A DNA stretch of 28,328 bases from a virus. Its lineage: Duplodnaviria; Caudoviricetes. The stretch spans positions 1 to 28,328 of the IMG/VR virus record IMGVR_UViG_3300037780_000077; one strand, given 5' to 3'. Both the position numbers and the translations under genes were made by a program. Each line of letters begins with the position of its first letter. Position 1 is the first letter of the stretch. Below, in pieces: positions 1-8,901 of this stretch. The notes below the pieces were generated by a model, which saw only the letters and a program-made list of their open reading frames with translations, was not told where the DNA came from and did not search any database.

Positions 1-1
1 T

Positions 2-751
2 GAGCTTCTCCGGCCGCAGTTCGTCGGCCAGCATCTTCTCGACCTCGGCCTTGTACTCGTGGTCGATCTTCATACCACGAGCCGATATCAAGAACAAAGC
101 GGTCGAGACCGCGGTGCGGTGAGCAACCAATAACCCGTCCTCTCCGAACGGGTCAATGCCCGTGTAAGGCTTCAGGTCTTCTCTGCGAAGCTCCTGCTCT
201 TGGTAGATCTTGTAGCACCAGATCGAGTCCATGTTCGCGTACTCGATCGCGCCCGCGGGCCACTCGGACGAGGGCATCTCTTCCAGTTCCTTGTAGTTCT
301 TGCGCCAAGCATCATCGTCCTGCTTCGAGGCCGAGAGGTCGGTGCCGAAATGCTGCTTGACCAAATCGGCCAGCGAATAGCCGAGCCTCTGTTTTGCTCC
401 GGTTGGCAGTTCGAGATACTTCAAGTCGCCGGTGTCGGCCAGGTTCAAGAACTTCTCGCGAATGACGGTGTCTTGGTACTTGCCCTCTTCGAGGCCTTGG
501 AAGATGCGAGGGGCAAGGTCGGGGAAGTTCTTGATGAATACCGAGAGATCGAACGCTGCATTGTGAGCGATCGTCGTCTCCTGTGCATCGACGACGTACT
601 CAACGACCGACCGAAGCATGTCGTCAGGATCAGCGACGGCAGCAAGAACAGGAAGCGAGGCGTCGTACATGGAACAGCAAACGATCTGCGGGGCGAGGCT
701 GCCCTCGGCCATCTTATGCGTTTCGGTGTCAAAGGCGAGTATGTCCGACAT
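2..751 (-). CDS. Family A DNA polymerase, N-terminal 3'-5' exonuclease domain (truncated at left edge; not in ORF track)
   Basis: Manual translation from ATG at 751: MSDILAFDTETHKMAEG... ExoI (FDTET), ExoII (IAHNAAFD) and ExoIII-like (IEYANMD) motifs, then ARGMKID typical of the PolA junction. SD GGAGAT upstream. Frame stays open to the window edge. Confidence 0.85.
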   Translation of the reverse strand, partial: MSDILAFDTETHKMAEGSLAPQIVCCSMYDASLPVLAAVADPDDMLRSVVEYVVDAQETTIAHNAAFDLSVFIKNFPDLAPRIFQGLEEGKYQDTVIREKFLNLADTGDLKYLELPTGAKQRLGYSLADLVKQHFGTDLSASKQDDDAWRKNYKELEEMPSSEWPAGAIEYANMDSIWCYKIYQEQELRREDLKPYTGIDPFGEDGLLVAHRTAVSTALFLISARGMKIDHEYKAEVEKMLADELRPEKL

Positions 752-770
752 TGGTATCTCCGGTTAGAAT

Positions 771-806
771 AAAAAACCCGACCGAACCCTTTCGAGCCCG
801 GCCAGG
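771..806 (-). terminator. Rho-independent terminator after the putative SSB gene
   Basis: Minus strand CCTGGCCGGGCTC-GAAA-GGGTTCGGTCGGG-TTTTTT: 13-bp stem whose G-U wobbles pair only on this strand, GNRA loop, U6 tail. Confidence 0.85.
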
Positions 807-826
807 GGACGCCGAGTGATCGGTCT

Positions 827-1384
827 CTACTCTTCTTGTGCCGCAAGGTTCTTCAGTGCGTCGTTCGGGAAGAAGCGATTGATCTCTTCTTCGCTGAGGC
901 GTTCAAGCAACTCGCTCGCAGGAACTTCACGGCAGAACGTGACCTTGGTAAACATCTTGTCCGAGTCTTTGATCTTCACGTCACGGGCCTTGACCTCGAC
1001 CACGGTCCCTGCAAGCGGTTGGTCATGCTCGTGGTCGTCTTCGGAAGCGAAAACCATCTCAGCCGCATTGACCCGCTCGTCATCGCTCAACTCGTTCGGA
1101 TCTAGGCCCATGACATTGCAAATGAAAGTCAGGATATCCGAAGCAAAATACATGCTATCGGACATCGCCAGCCACGAGGGACTCTCCCCGAGCTTGTGGC
1201 CCTCGCCGTTGTTGTCGTCAAGCACATGCACGACAGTCATCTCGACCGCAGCGAAGTCGATGTTCTTCCAATTGCGGCCGGTCTTGCACTTGTCGATCAC
1301 CATGTAATAGTGACCTGCCCGCATGTAGTTGGCGTCCACGCGGACCTTCGCTCCCTTGAGACCTGAAAAAATTGACCTACCCAT
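827..1384 (-). CDS. Putative single-stranded DNA-binding protein
   Basis: 185 aa, beta-rich pattern, acidic C-terminal half, located between helicase and polymerase, with its own promoter, SD (GAAAGGA) and terminator. Function inferred from context. Confidence 0.5.
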   Translation of the reverse strand: MGRSIFSGLKGAKVRVDANYMRAGHYYMVIDKCKTGRNWKNIDFAAVEMTVVHVLDDNNGEGHKLGESPSWLAMSDSMYFASDILTFICNVMGLDPNELSDDERVNAAEMVFASEDDHEHDQPLAGTVVEVKARDVKIKDSDKMFTKVTFCREVPASELLERLSEEEINRFFPNDALKNLAAQEE

Positions 1385-1433
1385 TTTAAGTTCCTTTCGA
1401 GTTAAAGTTAAAGTTCAAGTTATGGGTTTCGGT

Positions 1434-1462
1434 ATAGTACGGTTGTCTTGGCTTGGTGTCAA
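1434..1462 (-). promoter_or_regulatory. Sigma70-type promoter for the putative SSB gene
   Basis: TTGACA (1462-1457)-N17-TACTAT (1439-1434); the -35 overlaps the helicase stop codon. Confidence 0.75.
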
Positions 1463-3660
1463 GCCAAAAATTTACTCGATAATGTCTTTTTTGCGTCTGG
1501 GTCAAGTTGCTTGGTCTGGAACCCTCGCTCCTGCAGAACCATGTACGGAAAGATCGTAGGCAGCGGGTCATAGTTGCAGTAGATCAACTTCTGCCGGTTG
1601 CCCGTGGTCTGGTGGATATACAAGGCATCGTTCAGGCAGGCCGCAAAGTTCATCTTGTCGAAGATCAGCGTGTTGTTCAAGTGGACAATAAGCTCGTCAG
1701 CTTTTTGTCCGTTGCGGTGCGTTCGGCCGAGAGTCTGTTCGGCGATCTTTGCGGGTCGCGGCCACTGAATAAAGTAGTTTTCCTCAAAGTGCTGCAAGTT
1801 CTTGCCGGTTCCGTGCGCCGACATCGAGGCGAGGATGATCTTGTCCTTGTTAACTTTGTCGATAATGCTCTTATTGTGCGCCGGTCCCGCGGGGCAATGC
1901 AGCACGGGCAAGCCAGCTTCCTCGAAATACTCCGCGGCCCACGACCCTATCTCCTGGTGGTGATACCAGAACAGTCCGCCTTTGCCTTGACTCGCAAGTT
2001 CGGCGGCGTGCTCCAAGGCCGCAACGATTTTGTAGTCGCAGATCCGCACCGCGTTACTGTCTCGATCGGGCCTTCCCTCAAAGTCCAGGTCACGCCACGC
2101 CGACCAGAGTTTGTAGAGTTCCGTGTGTGCCCAATCGTCGCCGTGCCGGTAAAGCTCACCGCCCACGAGCATCGGCGTGTCCATGCCCTCGGGCGGGCTG
2201 TTCTGCAAGAACTTGCGGAGTTCCTTAGCGTACTCTTGCCCGGCCGCATGGTGCTCGATCGCTCGGTCCAAGATGTCCGCTGCTTTGTTCTCGCTTATCC
2301 GTTTGCGTTCCGCGTAGTCCTTGGGCTCAGGCCAAGTCAACTCGTTATAGAAACCCGCAGAGAGTTCGTACAGCCACTTCCATGTGTGGATCGCGTGCTC
2401 GATCTCGTCGCCGTTTGGGGTCTCCCAGAGTTCTTCGACCGTTTCGATTAGCTCCTTAAGCCTCTCGTACCCGGTTGCCGCCTCAAGCTGCTGTTCGAGG
2501 TTCGTGTTATGCAGCGTCAAGGACGTACCGATCTCGGCCAGGCCCGTCGATACGACTCCCGGCGCAGAATTTAAGCGACAGCGGTAGGCCTTGCGAAAGC
2601 CCGGCACCGATGCGGAGAACTTTTCTTCGGGGAAGTGTCGCCGAGCCCAGTCCACCAGAGGCATGAGCGGGCCTGACTTCGCTTCGCTTAAGTCGCCGCG
2701 GCCCTCAACCGATTTAGAGTCGCTGTCGATCACGGTCGCCCACTCAGATGCCAGCGTGCTCGACAAAGGGAGCGGGCAGTTCTGGCCCAGGGCCGACTTG
2801 ATGATATGCCAATAGTCCTGCACCGATTTACCGGTAATCGTTCCACTCAGCCCAACGACCTCTGGGTCGTAGGTGTCGATGTAATCGAACAGCCGCTTGG
2901 TACGAGCCGCAGACTTGCGTCCTACTTCGTGAATCTCGTCCCCGATGATCGTGTCGGGCTTAATCGCCTTGAGCGTCTCGACGGCGTCTCGGGCCGAGAG
3001 CAACGAGTACGGCAAGATGTAGAGACCCGGACGCCCGGACTTGGCGATGCGTCGTCGCTGCGCCGCGTTCTTGCCCGAAAGCAGGAAGATCGGGTAAGAC
3101 ATCGGGATCGTGTTGCGGGCCTCGGGGATCTGGTCCTGCATTAACTGCTCAAGCGTGTTGGGCTTGGTCAGAAGCAGGCTCTTTCTTTTGCCTTGAAGAT
3201 AAGCAAAGTTTGCCGTCGCCAACGTAATTAAAGTCTTCCCCCAACCGACCGCGATCGGGAAGAACCCACCGCCGTGAAGTTGGTAGTCCCGCAGGGCCTG
3301 GGCCTGAACCGGGAAGAAACGAAACCCGCTGTCGTAGGCAGAAGCGAGCAGGTTCTCGCGAGAGAACGCCTCGACCTCTTGCTTGGTCATCTCCGGCGAC
3401 ACGGGCAAGCCGACGATGCGACGGATCTCGTTGTGGCTTTGGACCGCGTCCATGCCGTAGAGTTCTTTCTTCCTGAGCTTGGCCCCGATCTTGGCAAGCG
3501 CCCCGGTCGCGGGCTCGCGTTCGGCCTCGGGCAACGCTTGCTGTCGAGCCTCTTTAACGAGACTGGCCCTCCGAAAACGAAGGGCCAGTGCGCTCTCGCC
3601 CGCTGACTGACTAGCGGATCGCTTCGAGATGTCTTGAGTCTTGTCCAATGTTACAGTCAC
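1459..3660 (-). CDS. Superfamily 2 (SNF2-like) DNA helicase
   Basis: Motif I AVGWGKT, motif II IIGDEIH, motif III LSGT, motif V GTGKNLQ, motif VI EQTLGRTHRNGQ. GTG start uncertain. Confidence 0.88.
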   Translation of the reverse strand: MTVTLDKTQDISKRSASQSAGESALALRFRRASLVKEARQQALPEAEREPATGALAKIGAKLRKKELYGMDAVQSHNEIRRIVGLPVSPEMTKQEVEAFSRENLLASAYDSGFRFFPVQAQALRDYQLHGGGFFPIAVGWGKTLITLATANFAYLQGKRKSLLLTKPNTLEQLMQDQIPEARNTIPMSYPIFLLSGKNAAQRRRIAKSGRPGLYILPYSLLSARDAVETLKAIKPDTIIGDEIHEVGRKSAARTKRLFDYIDTYDPEVVGLSGTITGKSVQDYWHIIKSALGQNCPLPLSSTLASEWATVIDSDSKSVEGRGDLSEAKSGPLMPLVDWARRHFPEEKFSASVPGFRKAYRCRLNSAPGVVSTGLAEIGTSLTLHNTNLEQQLEAATGYERLKELIETVEELWETPNGDEIEHAIHTWKWLYELSAGFYNELTWPEPKDYAERKRISENKAADILDRAIEHHAAGQEYAKELRKFLQNSPPEGMDTPMLVGGELYRHGDDWAHTELYKLWSAWRDLDFEGRPDRDSNAVRICDYKIVAALEHAAELASQGKGGLFWYHHQEIGSWAAEYFEEAGLPVLHCPAGPAHNKSIIDKVNKDKIILASMSAHGTGKNLQHFEENYFIQWPRPAKIAEQTLGRTHRNGQKADELIVHLNNTLIFDKMNFAACLNDALYIHQTTGNRQKLIYCNYDPLPTIFPYMVLQERGFQTKQLDPDAKKTLSSKFLA

Positions 3661-3687
3661 CCGAATCTGATTTCAAGTTCTTGTTAA

Positions 3688-3792
3688 TGCGACGGGCAGG
3701 AGTCGAACCTGCTTGACAGAGATTCCTCTAACGGTGCATGACACAACTAGCTCTGCCTACTCATGCTCTACGCCTCCAGGCGTATCCGTCGC
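3688..3792 (-). ncRNA. Atypical tRNA-like RNA (105 nt), no assignable anticodon
   Basis: Perfect 7-bp acceptor stem GCGACGG/CCGTCGC plus discriminator A; T-arm GCAGG-TTCGACT-CCTGC; D-arm TACGCC-TGGA-GGCGTA; stem GCATGA/TCATGC closing a 19-nt loop; variable hairpin AGAG-GAAT-CTCT; no encoded CCA. Confidence 0.75.
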
Positions 3793-4001
3793 TAAGGACT
3801 GCTTAGGGGTACTAATCCCTTCGCAACCGCGGTTTTTTGAGTGAACGCTCGTGGTCCCAAAACCTGCTGAAAAAACACCTCACCGAAGCAATTGTCCATC
3901 TTCCTTTAAGGGACTAAATGCCCAAGGGTTAGTAGCCCTGTTCCGATTTGCTGCAATTGCTTTGTCATGCGGCGGCAAGCCTTTCGGATCGCCACCACTG
4001 C

Positions 4002-5864
4002 TTAGTTACTGTCCCCGACCACCACCTGCCTCGCAAGGGGCTTCAGGGCGTCGATCAGCACCCGCAACTCGCTCGCCCCGGTGCTGACCCCGCAAGCGAT
4101 CACCGCGTTCTTGCCCGCATGGTGCGCGATCTGGGGGGCAAGGGTCGCAACGATGTCACGACGCTTGAACGGGTCCAGATCATAGAACGAATCGACTTGG
4201 TTCGCTTCGGCGATCTGAACACGGGCCTCTTCGAGAAGCTCGTGCAGGTCCACGGTCTTCGCTAGGCCTTTGCCGGTTTTGGTGGGGCGGCAGTTAATGT
4301 ACAAGCGAAAGTTGCCGGTGACCAGTTCGGTCGGTTCCTCGGCCTTCGCTTCGGCTTGCTTTTCCTCTTTCTTCTTGCGGCCGCGGGTCTCGGTCTTGGG
4401 TTTGGGCTTGGCCTCGGCCGTGTTCTCGGCCTGGGCTTCTTCTTTGTCCTTGACCTCGGTATTGACCCGTGACTCTGCCTTGGGCTCTTCGCGGCCGTAA
4501 CTTCGGCCAGGGGAGATGCCCGCAAAGTCGGAGTCGTCCTTATTGACCCAGACAAAGCTGCCGTCTTCCTGAGGCTCGATCTCGAAGTGACGGGACTTGT
4601 CGGCCTCCGCAGCCTTGAGGTCGCAGACCTTGCAAGGTCCGCCCTTGGTGTTGAATCCGTTGCCTTCACAGGCGCTGCACGAGGCGTTGGCCCACGGGGG
4701 CGGCGTCATTCCTTCGGGGACTTCCGTCGCCTTGGTGTCTGGCTTAGCCGCTGGCTTGGTGTCGGGTTCGACCTTGGGCTTGGTCTCGGTCTTCGTCTCG
4801 GCCTTCGTCTCGGGCTTTGTGTCACCGCTGGACGCAGCGGATCTCATCTTGCTCTTCGCAGCAAGTTTCTCTGCTAGTGACATATCGTTGTCCTTTCTGT
4901 CAGGGGTTTGTGTCACGGATTGTGTCAGTGTAACGGGTACGCTTTGCTTGTCAAGCCTCTGTTGCATAATCGACTCAGTGATTCTCCCACCGCAGATCGG
5001 CATGTATCCGCAGCCGCCGTATTTGTTGCAGGCGATGTGCCCGCTCTCGGGCTCGGGCATGTCAGACCACACAAGGGCCTGATCCCGGTAACGGACCATC
5101 TTCTTTATCGTTGGCATAACCACCGTGTTCCAGTGATGTTCCAAGAACCGTACTGTCACGACCCCCTCGGTGCTGCGCACGCGAAGGTCGTCTGGGTCTT
5201 TGCAGAATTGGTTATGCCGCAGGATTATCTCGGTCGCTGGCGTGCCCCGCTCTTTGAGGTCATCGGCCAGAATCTTGCCGTAAATCAAAAGCTGCATGTC
5301 CTCGACGATCTTGTTCTTGGACAAGAAGTATCGAGGCGACTTGCTCGTCTTGTGATCGACAATCATGTTGCGGGATTCGCAGTCGATATATCCCTTGAAC
5401 ATGACGGTCACGGGCTTCTTGCCGTCGATCGTTTCGACCTTCCCCAGCGTGTAGCTGATCTCCCGCTCAACGCGACGTTCGGGGTAAGGATACAGCACGC
5501 CCTCTTGGATGCCCGCGGTCACCAGTGACTTGATAATCCCCGCCTCTTCGTCGGTGACGGTGCCGGTGACTTCTCCTGTGTAGCGGCTTACTTCGTCCTT
5601 CCATCCCTCGGGGAACAGATCCACCGGCTCGCCCGTCTTGCGATCCCGGCCCAGGTCGTCGGCCAAGAGGTAACGCTCACAACACGAGTGAAACACCGAA
5701 CCAAACGTAAAGCGGCCGTCCTTCTCTTCGACAGTCAAGCGACGGACCCGCTCAAGCCACCATTTGCGGACGCACATGTGCGCCGTGGCGATCTGGGACG
5801 CAGACACCGTGAGCATACGGCGTTCTCGCTTCTCGATCCAAGTTGATGTTTCGGTGTCAGGCAT
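4002..5864 (-). CDS. PD-(D/E)XK exonuclease (Cas4/RecB-like) with long C-terminal extension
   Basis: SASQ...C.RKW, FGSVFH, GYIDC...IVDHKT, QLLIY and CNKYGGCGYMPIC (Fe-S staple-like Cys pattern), followed by a Lys/Glu/Pro/Thr linker and a CSAC...CKVC zinc-finger-like motif. Confidence 0.85.
   Translation of the reverse strand: MPDTETSTWIEKRERRMLTVSASQIATAHMCVRKWWLERVRRLTVEEKDGRFTFGSVFHSCCERYLLADDLGRDRKTGEPVDLFPEGWKDEVSRYTGEVTGTVTDEEAGIIKSLVTAGIQEGVLYPYPERRVEREISYTLGKVETIDGKKPVTVMFKGYIDCESRNMIVDHKTSKSPRYFLSKNKIVEDMQLLIYGKILADDLKERGTPATEIILRHNQFCKDPDDLRVRSTEGVVTVRFLEHHWNTVVMPTIKKMVRYRDQALVWSDMPEPESGHIACNKYGGCGYMPICGGRITESIMQQRLDKQSVPVTLTQSVTQTPDRKDNDMSLAEKLAAKSKMRSAASSGDTKPETKAETKTETKPKVEPDTKPAAKPDTKATEVPEGMTPPPWANASCSACEGNGFNTKGGPCKVCDLKAAEADKSRHFEIEPQEDGSFVWVNKDDSDFAGISPGRSYGREEPKAESRVNTEVKDKEEAQAENTAEAKPKPKTETRGRKKKEEKQAEAKAEEPTELVTGNFRLYINCRPTKTGKGLAKTVDLHELLEEARVQIAEANQVDSFYDLDPFKRRDIVATLAPQIAHHAGKNAVIACGVSTGASELRVLIDALKPLARQVVVGDSN
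4927..4954 (-). promoter_or_regulatory. Internal sigma70-type promoter inside the nuclease gene
   Basis: TTGACA (4954-4949)-N16-TACACT (4932-4927), followed by SD AGAAAGGA and an in-frame ATG at 4883. Confidence 0.65.
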
Positions 5865-6049
5865 CAGTATTTTTCGACCTTCGTATCAAAGTGCTTGAGG
5901 TACTCAATCGCCTGCTCGACAGATGTGCCTCGAAAGGGCGGACTACCCATTTGCTGCGACTCTCGTTCGGCCAGCTTGAGAACATCGCTGTCGCTCGCAA
6001 AGTACGGACTGCCTTTTTTCGTTTTGATGCACCAGAGGTTAGCGGTCAC
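5864..6049 (-). CDS. Hypothetical protein (61 aa)
   Basis: Fills the gap between primase and nuclease; GGAG upstream; stop overlaps the nuclease ATG (TGATG). Confidence 0.7.
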   Translation of the reverse strand: MTANLWCIKTKKGSPYFASDSDVLKLAERESQQMGSPPFRGTSVEQAIEYLKHFDTKVEKY

Positions 6050-8855
6050 CGTTAGTCTCCCTGTTACGGATGCGGAACTGGATCTTCCGGGGCTGCAGGC
6101 CCGGTTCTGGTCTAGGCTTGCCGCCCGACGCTTTAAGTTTAACTTCTAATGTCTCGTTTGCAAGTCTTTTTTCCTGTTCTTCTTTATTCCCCCAGTCCTG
6201 ATAGACCTCGGTCTCTTCTCGCTGCTTCAAGAGCAGTTGCTTTATCCTGCTGTTCCTCATGCCGCTGCGTTCGCACGATCGATCGAGAATGAACAAATCA
6301 AGCTCGTGCCAGTGCCTTCGCTCCATGTCCTCGGCACCGGGCAGGATGTAGGCGTGCTTGCGGGTGTTGATCGAAACGTTGGTCAGGACCGACGAAATTT
6401 GCTTCTCGGTCAGAGTCTCCTTGGCCTGTTCCTGCAAGTGCATCCGGTAGTAATTCAGGACCGCGCTCGCCAGAATGAACACCCTGCCCTCGTCCTCGTG
6501 GATTACAAAACCCGAGCCCCGCTTGCCTCTCGCTTCAATCATCATCACGACGGTCTCGATCACGAGCGGCGCAGATCCCGACTGAGTTCGCAGCATGAAG
6601 CTCAGATCCTCGTCGTCCATGTTGCCCTCTACGACCAGGCGGTGCTGAGGGGAGATGATCGGGTTGTCCCGGTCCCCCCGATTCTCGTAAAGCCACAAGA
6701 AGTGCCTCGCAACAACGAAGTCGGACTTCTCCCCGTTGTCCCCCTCGATCCATCCCTTCGTGGCCGCGAACCCGCCCATGCCCCTGAGCCAGTCGCTCGC
6801 TTTGCGGTTGAGTTGCACGTTGAAAAGTCGCACGGCCAAGGCCTCAGTCGTCTCTCGGGTAAGCTCCTTGCCCTTGCCGAGCATGGAGACGACCTCGAAG
6901 TCGTTCGCGGTCATAATGATCCGTGTCGGGCATTTCAGCGTCACCGGGGGCATGTACTTGCGCATGATGCGAATCGGGTCGCCCGCGATCATCGCCTTCA
7001 TCTGGTCCGAAGGGGCCTGGCCCTTGTTCTGCATCTGCGGCCAGCCCTCGTTAATGACGAGGAAGGGGCTCTGCATGAGCCCGTATCCGTGCCCCGAGGT
7101 CAGATCCTCATGAGACGCCAGAGCGGGCCGCTGGAGGCACTCTGCGAGGCCTTGGACGAACATCTTCTTACCGGCCCCCGGAGCGCCCACGAGCGACAGA
7201 GCGGCCACAGTAGCCCCGCCAGCAAAGTCCAGAGCCCAGCCTACCCAATAGCACGCTTTCTCGTAGTGCTCCCCGAACATAAGCATCATCCATTCGTCCA
7301 CCAGGGAGTTGTACTGAGGGGTCAGAGCAGGGTTTAGCCGGTAGAGCGGGTGATTGAGTTCGGCACGGTCGGTGTCGATGTGTCGGACGGTGCCGCCTTC
7401 GTTGTTGACGATGGCCTGGGCAGACTGAATCGGGAAGCTGTGAGCATTGAGGATCGAGGTCACGTTGCGGTCGCTGGCCGCGCCGTTGGGCTGAGAGATC
7501 TGGGTCTCGATCAGTCCGTCAAGGTGGCTGTTGCGGATGTACGGAATCACCTGCTGCGATCCGTAGTAGCCCTCGGAGTATCGGCCGTTTGGTCCGAGGA
7601 AAAGATAACTGTCTTGGTGGGAGCAAATCAAGTGCCTACTCAGGTACGCCAAGGCAGTCATGTCGTCGGCGTGCAGTTCGGGTGCTTCGTCCGCCGAGCA
7701 CCATTCCCGCATCCCGTTAAGCATCTGAAAGACTAACTCCTCGTTGACCTCTTGCTCTCGTTTTTCTTCGACTTCCTTGAACTTCTCCTTGGCCGCTTCC
7801 TTCGACCAAAGCCGACAGATATGGTCCCAGGCGACCGAGTGCCAGCTTGGAGTGTCGCGGTCGGGCTCAAGTTCGTCGAGCTTTTCCCAGAACACGCCGA
7901 GCAGGAACTCGGGGCAGAAACCTTTGAGGTTAAAGCACAGACCGATGCACTGGCCGAGCAACTGGTGCAGCGTGCTGTTGCGGCTGCCGCTGTTGGCGAT
8001 CGGCTCGTGTCCCCGCAGGGCGTCATAGGCCTCGCGTCCGCGGATCTGCGACATGAACGCTTTATACAGTTCGCTTTGATTCCGCCTGCCCCCGATCCCC
8101 TCTTCGATTAGCAAATCAAAGCACTCGTTATATGTCGGCATCTGCAGCGACAGGGGCTCGACGTAAGCGAAGGCGTCGTCGCTGAACTGCCCCGAGTTGC
8201 TCAACTCTTTGAGGTCATCGGGATCGAGGACCGTATCTCTTTCGTCTAACTGAATCCAGTCCTGCTCCCATGTCCGTTCTCCGTCGCGTACGACAAAAGG
8301 CAACCGCATAATGCGGGTCCAGTCGCTTACCTTTAAGTCGGCCGGGATGTTGTAACGGACCAGTTCGCGGCAGAGCCAGCGGTGCTTGGCCTCGTACTCT
8401 TCAGGGGAAACCCAAGACGAGAACCGGTAGATGATACGGATGCCGTTGCGTGTTGTGTACCAGCAGGCCCACCTGCCCGCTGGACTCCCCTGCTTCTCGG
8501 CGTCTTCTAGGTTGTCGAGCACGTCGGTCAGCCAAGGCTTATCCCAAGGCGTGTGGTCCTCGGTGTCCACGTCTACGACCATGCAGCGGTGAGCGATCTC
8601 TAGGCCCTGTCGTCGGAGTTTGCCGAGCACGGGCTTGTTGCATCGCGGGTGCGGTTGGATCTCCGCGGTCTCGGGGTCTATGACTGTGTATGTGACAAAG
8701 TGAGCGTCGCTCTGCCAACACTCCGCGAGGGCATCGTCGAGCGTCATCGAGCGGAGCGAATAGCAGTCGTCCGACAGGTTGTTAGCGCCCTTGATTTCTC
8801 GCGTGAGTAAGACAGCGACCTGGGCAGGCAGCTTGTCGAGCTTCGATTTTTCCAT
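6039..8855 (-). CDS. Primase-helicase (AEP/primase-polymerase-like domain, PriCT-like segment, P-loop NTPase)
   Basis: VVDVDTED (DxD), YTTRNGIRIIY, DWTRIMRLP, GSRNSTLHQLLG, Walker A-like LVGAPGAGKK, FLVINE, IIMTAND (SF3-type motif C). Confidence 0.82.
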   Translation of the reverse strand: MEKSKLDKLPAQVAVLLTREIKGANNLSDDCYSLRSMTLDDALAECWQSDAHFVTYTVIDPETAEIQPHPRCNKPVLGKLRRQGLEIAHRCMVVDVDTEDHTPWDKPWLTDVLDNLEDAEKQGSPAGRWACWYTTRNGIRIIYRFSSWVSPEEYEAKHRWLCRELVRYNIPADLKVSDWTRIMRLPFVVRDGERTWEQDWIQLDERDTVLDPDDLKELSNSGQFSDDAFAYVEPLSLQMPTYNECFDLLIEEGIGGRRNQSELYKAFMSQIRGREAYDALRGHEPIANSGSRNSTLHQLLGQCIGLCFNLKGFCPEFLLGVFWEKLDELEPDRDTPSWHSVAWDHICRLWSKEAAKEKFKEVEEKREQEVNEELVFQMLNGMREWCSADEAPELHADDMTALAYLSRHLICSHQDSYLFLGPNGRYSEGYYGSQQVIPYIRNSHLDGLIETQISQPNGAASDRNVTSILNAHSFPIQSAQAIVNNEGGTVRHIDTDRAELNHPLYRLNPALTPQYNSLVDEWMMLMFGEHYEKACYWVGWALDFAGGATVAALSLVGAPGAGKKMFVQGLAECLQRPALASHEDLTSGHGYGLMQSPFLVINEGWPQMQNKGQAPSDQMKAMIAGDPIRIMRKYMPPVTLKCPTRIIMTANDFEVVSMLGKGKELTRETTEALAVRLFNVQLNRKASDWLRGMGGFAATKGWIEGDNGEKSDFVVARHFLWLYENRGDRDNPIISPQHRLVVEGNMDDEDLSFMLRTQSGSAPLVIETVVMMIEARGKRGSGFVIHEDEGRVFILASAVLNYYRMHLQEQAKETLTEKQISSVLTNVSINTRKHAYILPGAEDMERRHWHELDLFILDRSCERSGMRNSRIKQLLLKQREETEVYQDWGNKEEQEKRLANETLEVKLKASGGKPRPEPGLQPRKIQFRIRNRETNGDR

Positions 8856-8901
8856 GCCTATCCGTTCGTCAGTCAGTCAGAGCGATTGAGCGTGTTAGAG
8901 T

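Noticed and set aside
3688-3792. selC tRNA, amber suppressor, tmRNA or attP site
   Set aside because: No UCA anticodon or 8-bp acceptor; the CTA in the loop is not in a canonical position; too short for tmRNA and lacks G3-U70; both halves are present and no integrase lies in the window.
4740-4820. 12-bp imperfect repeats in the nuclease gene
   Set aside because: Explained by a low-complexity ETK/DTK protein linker.
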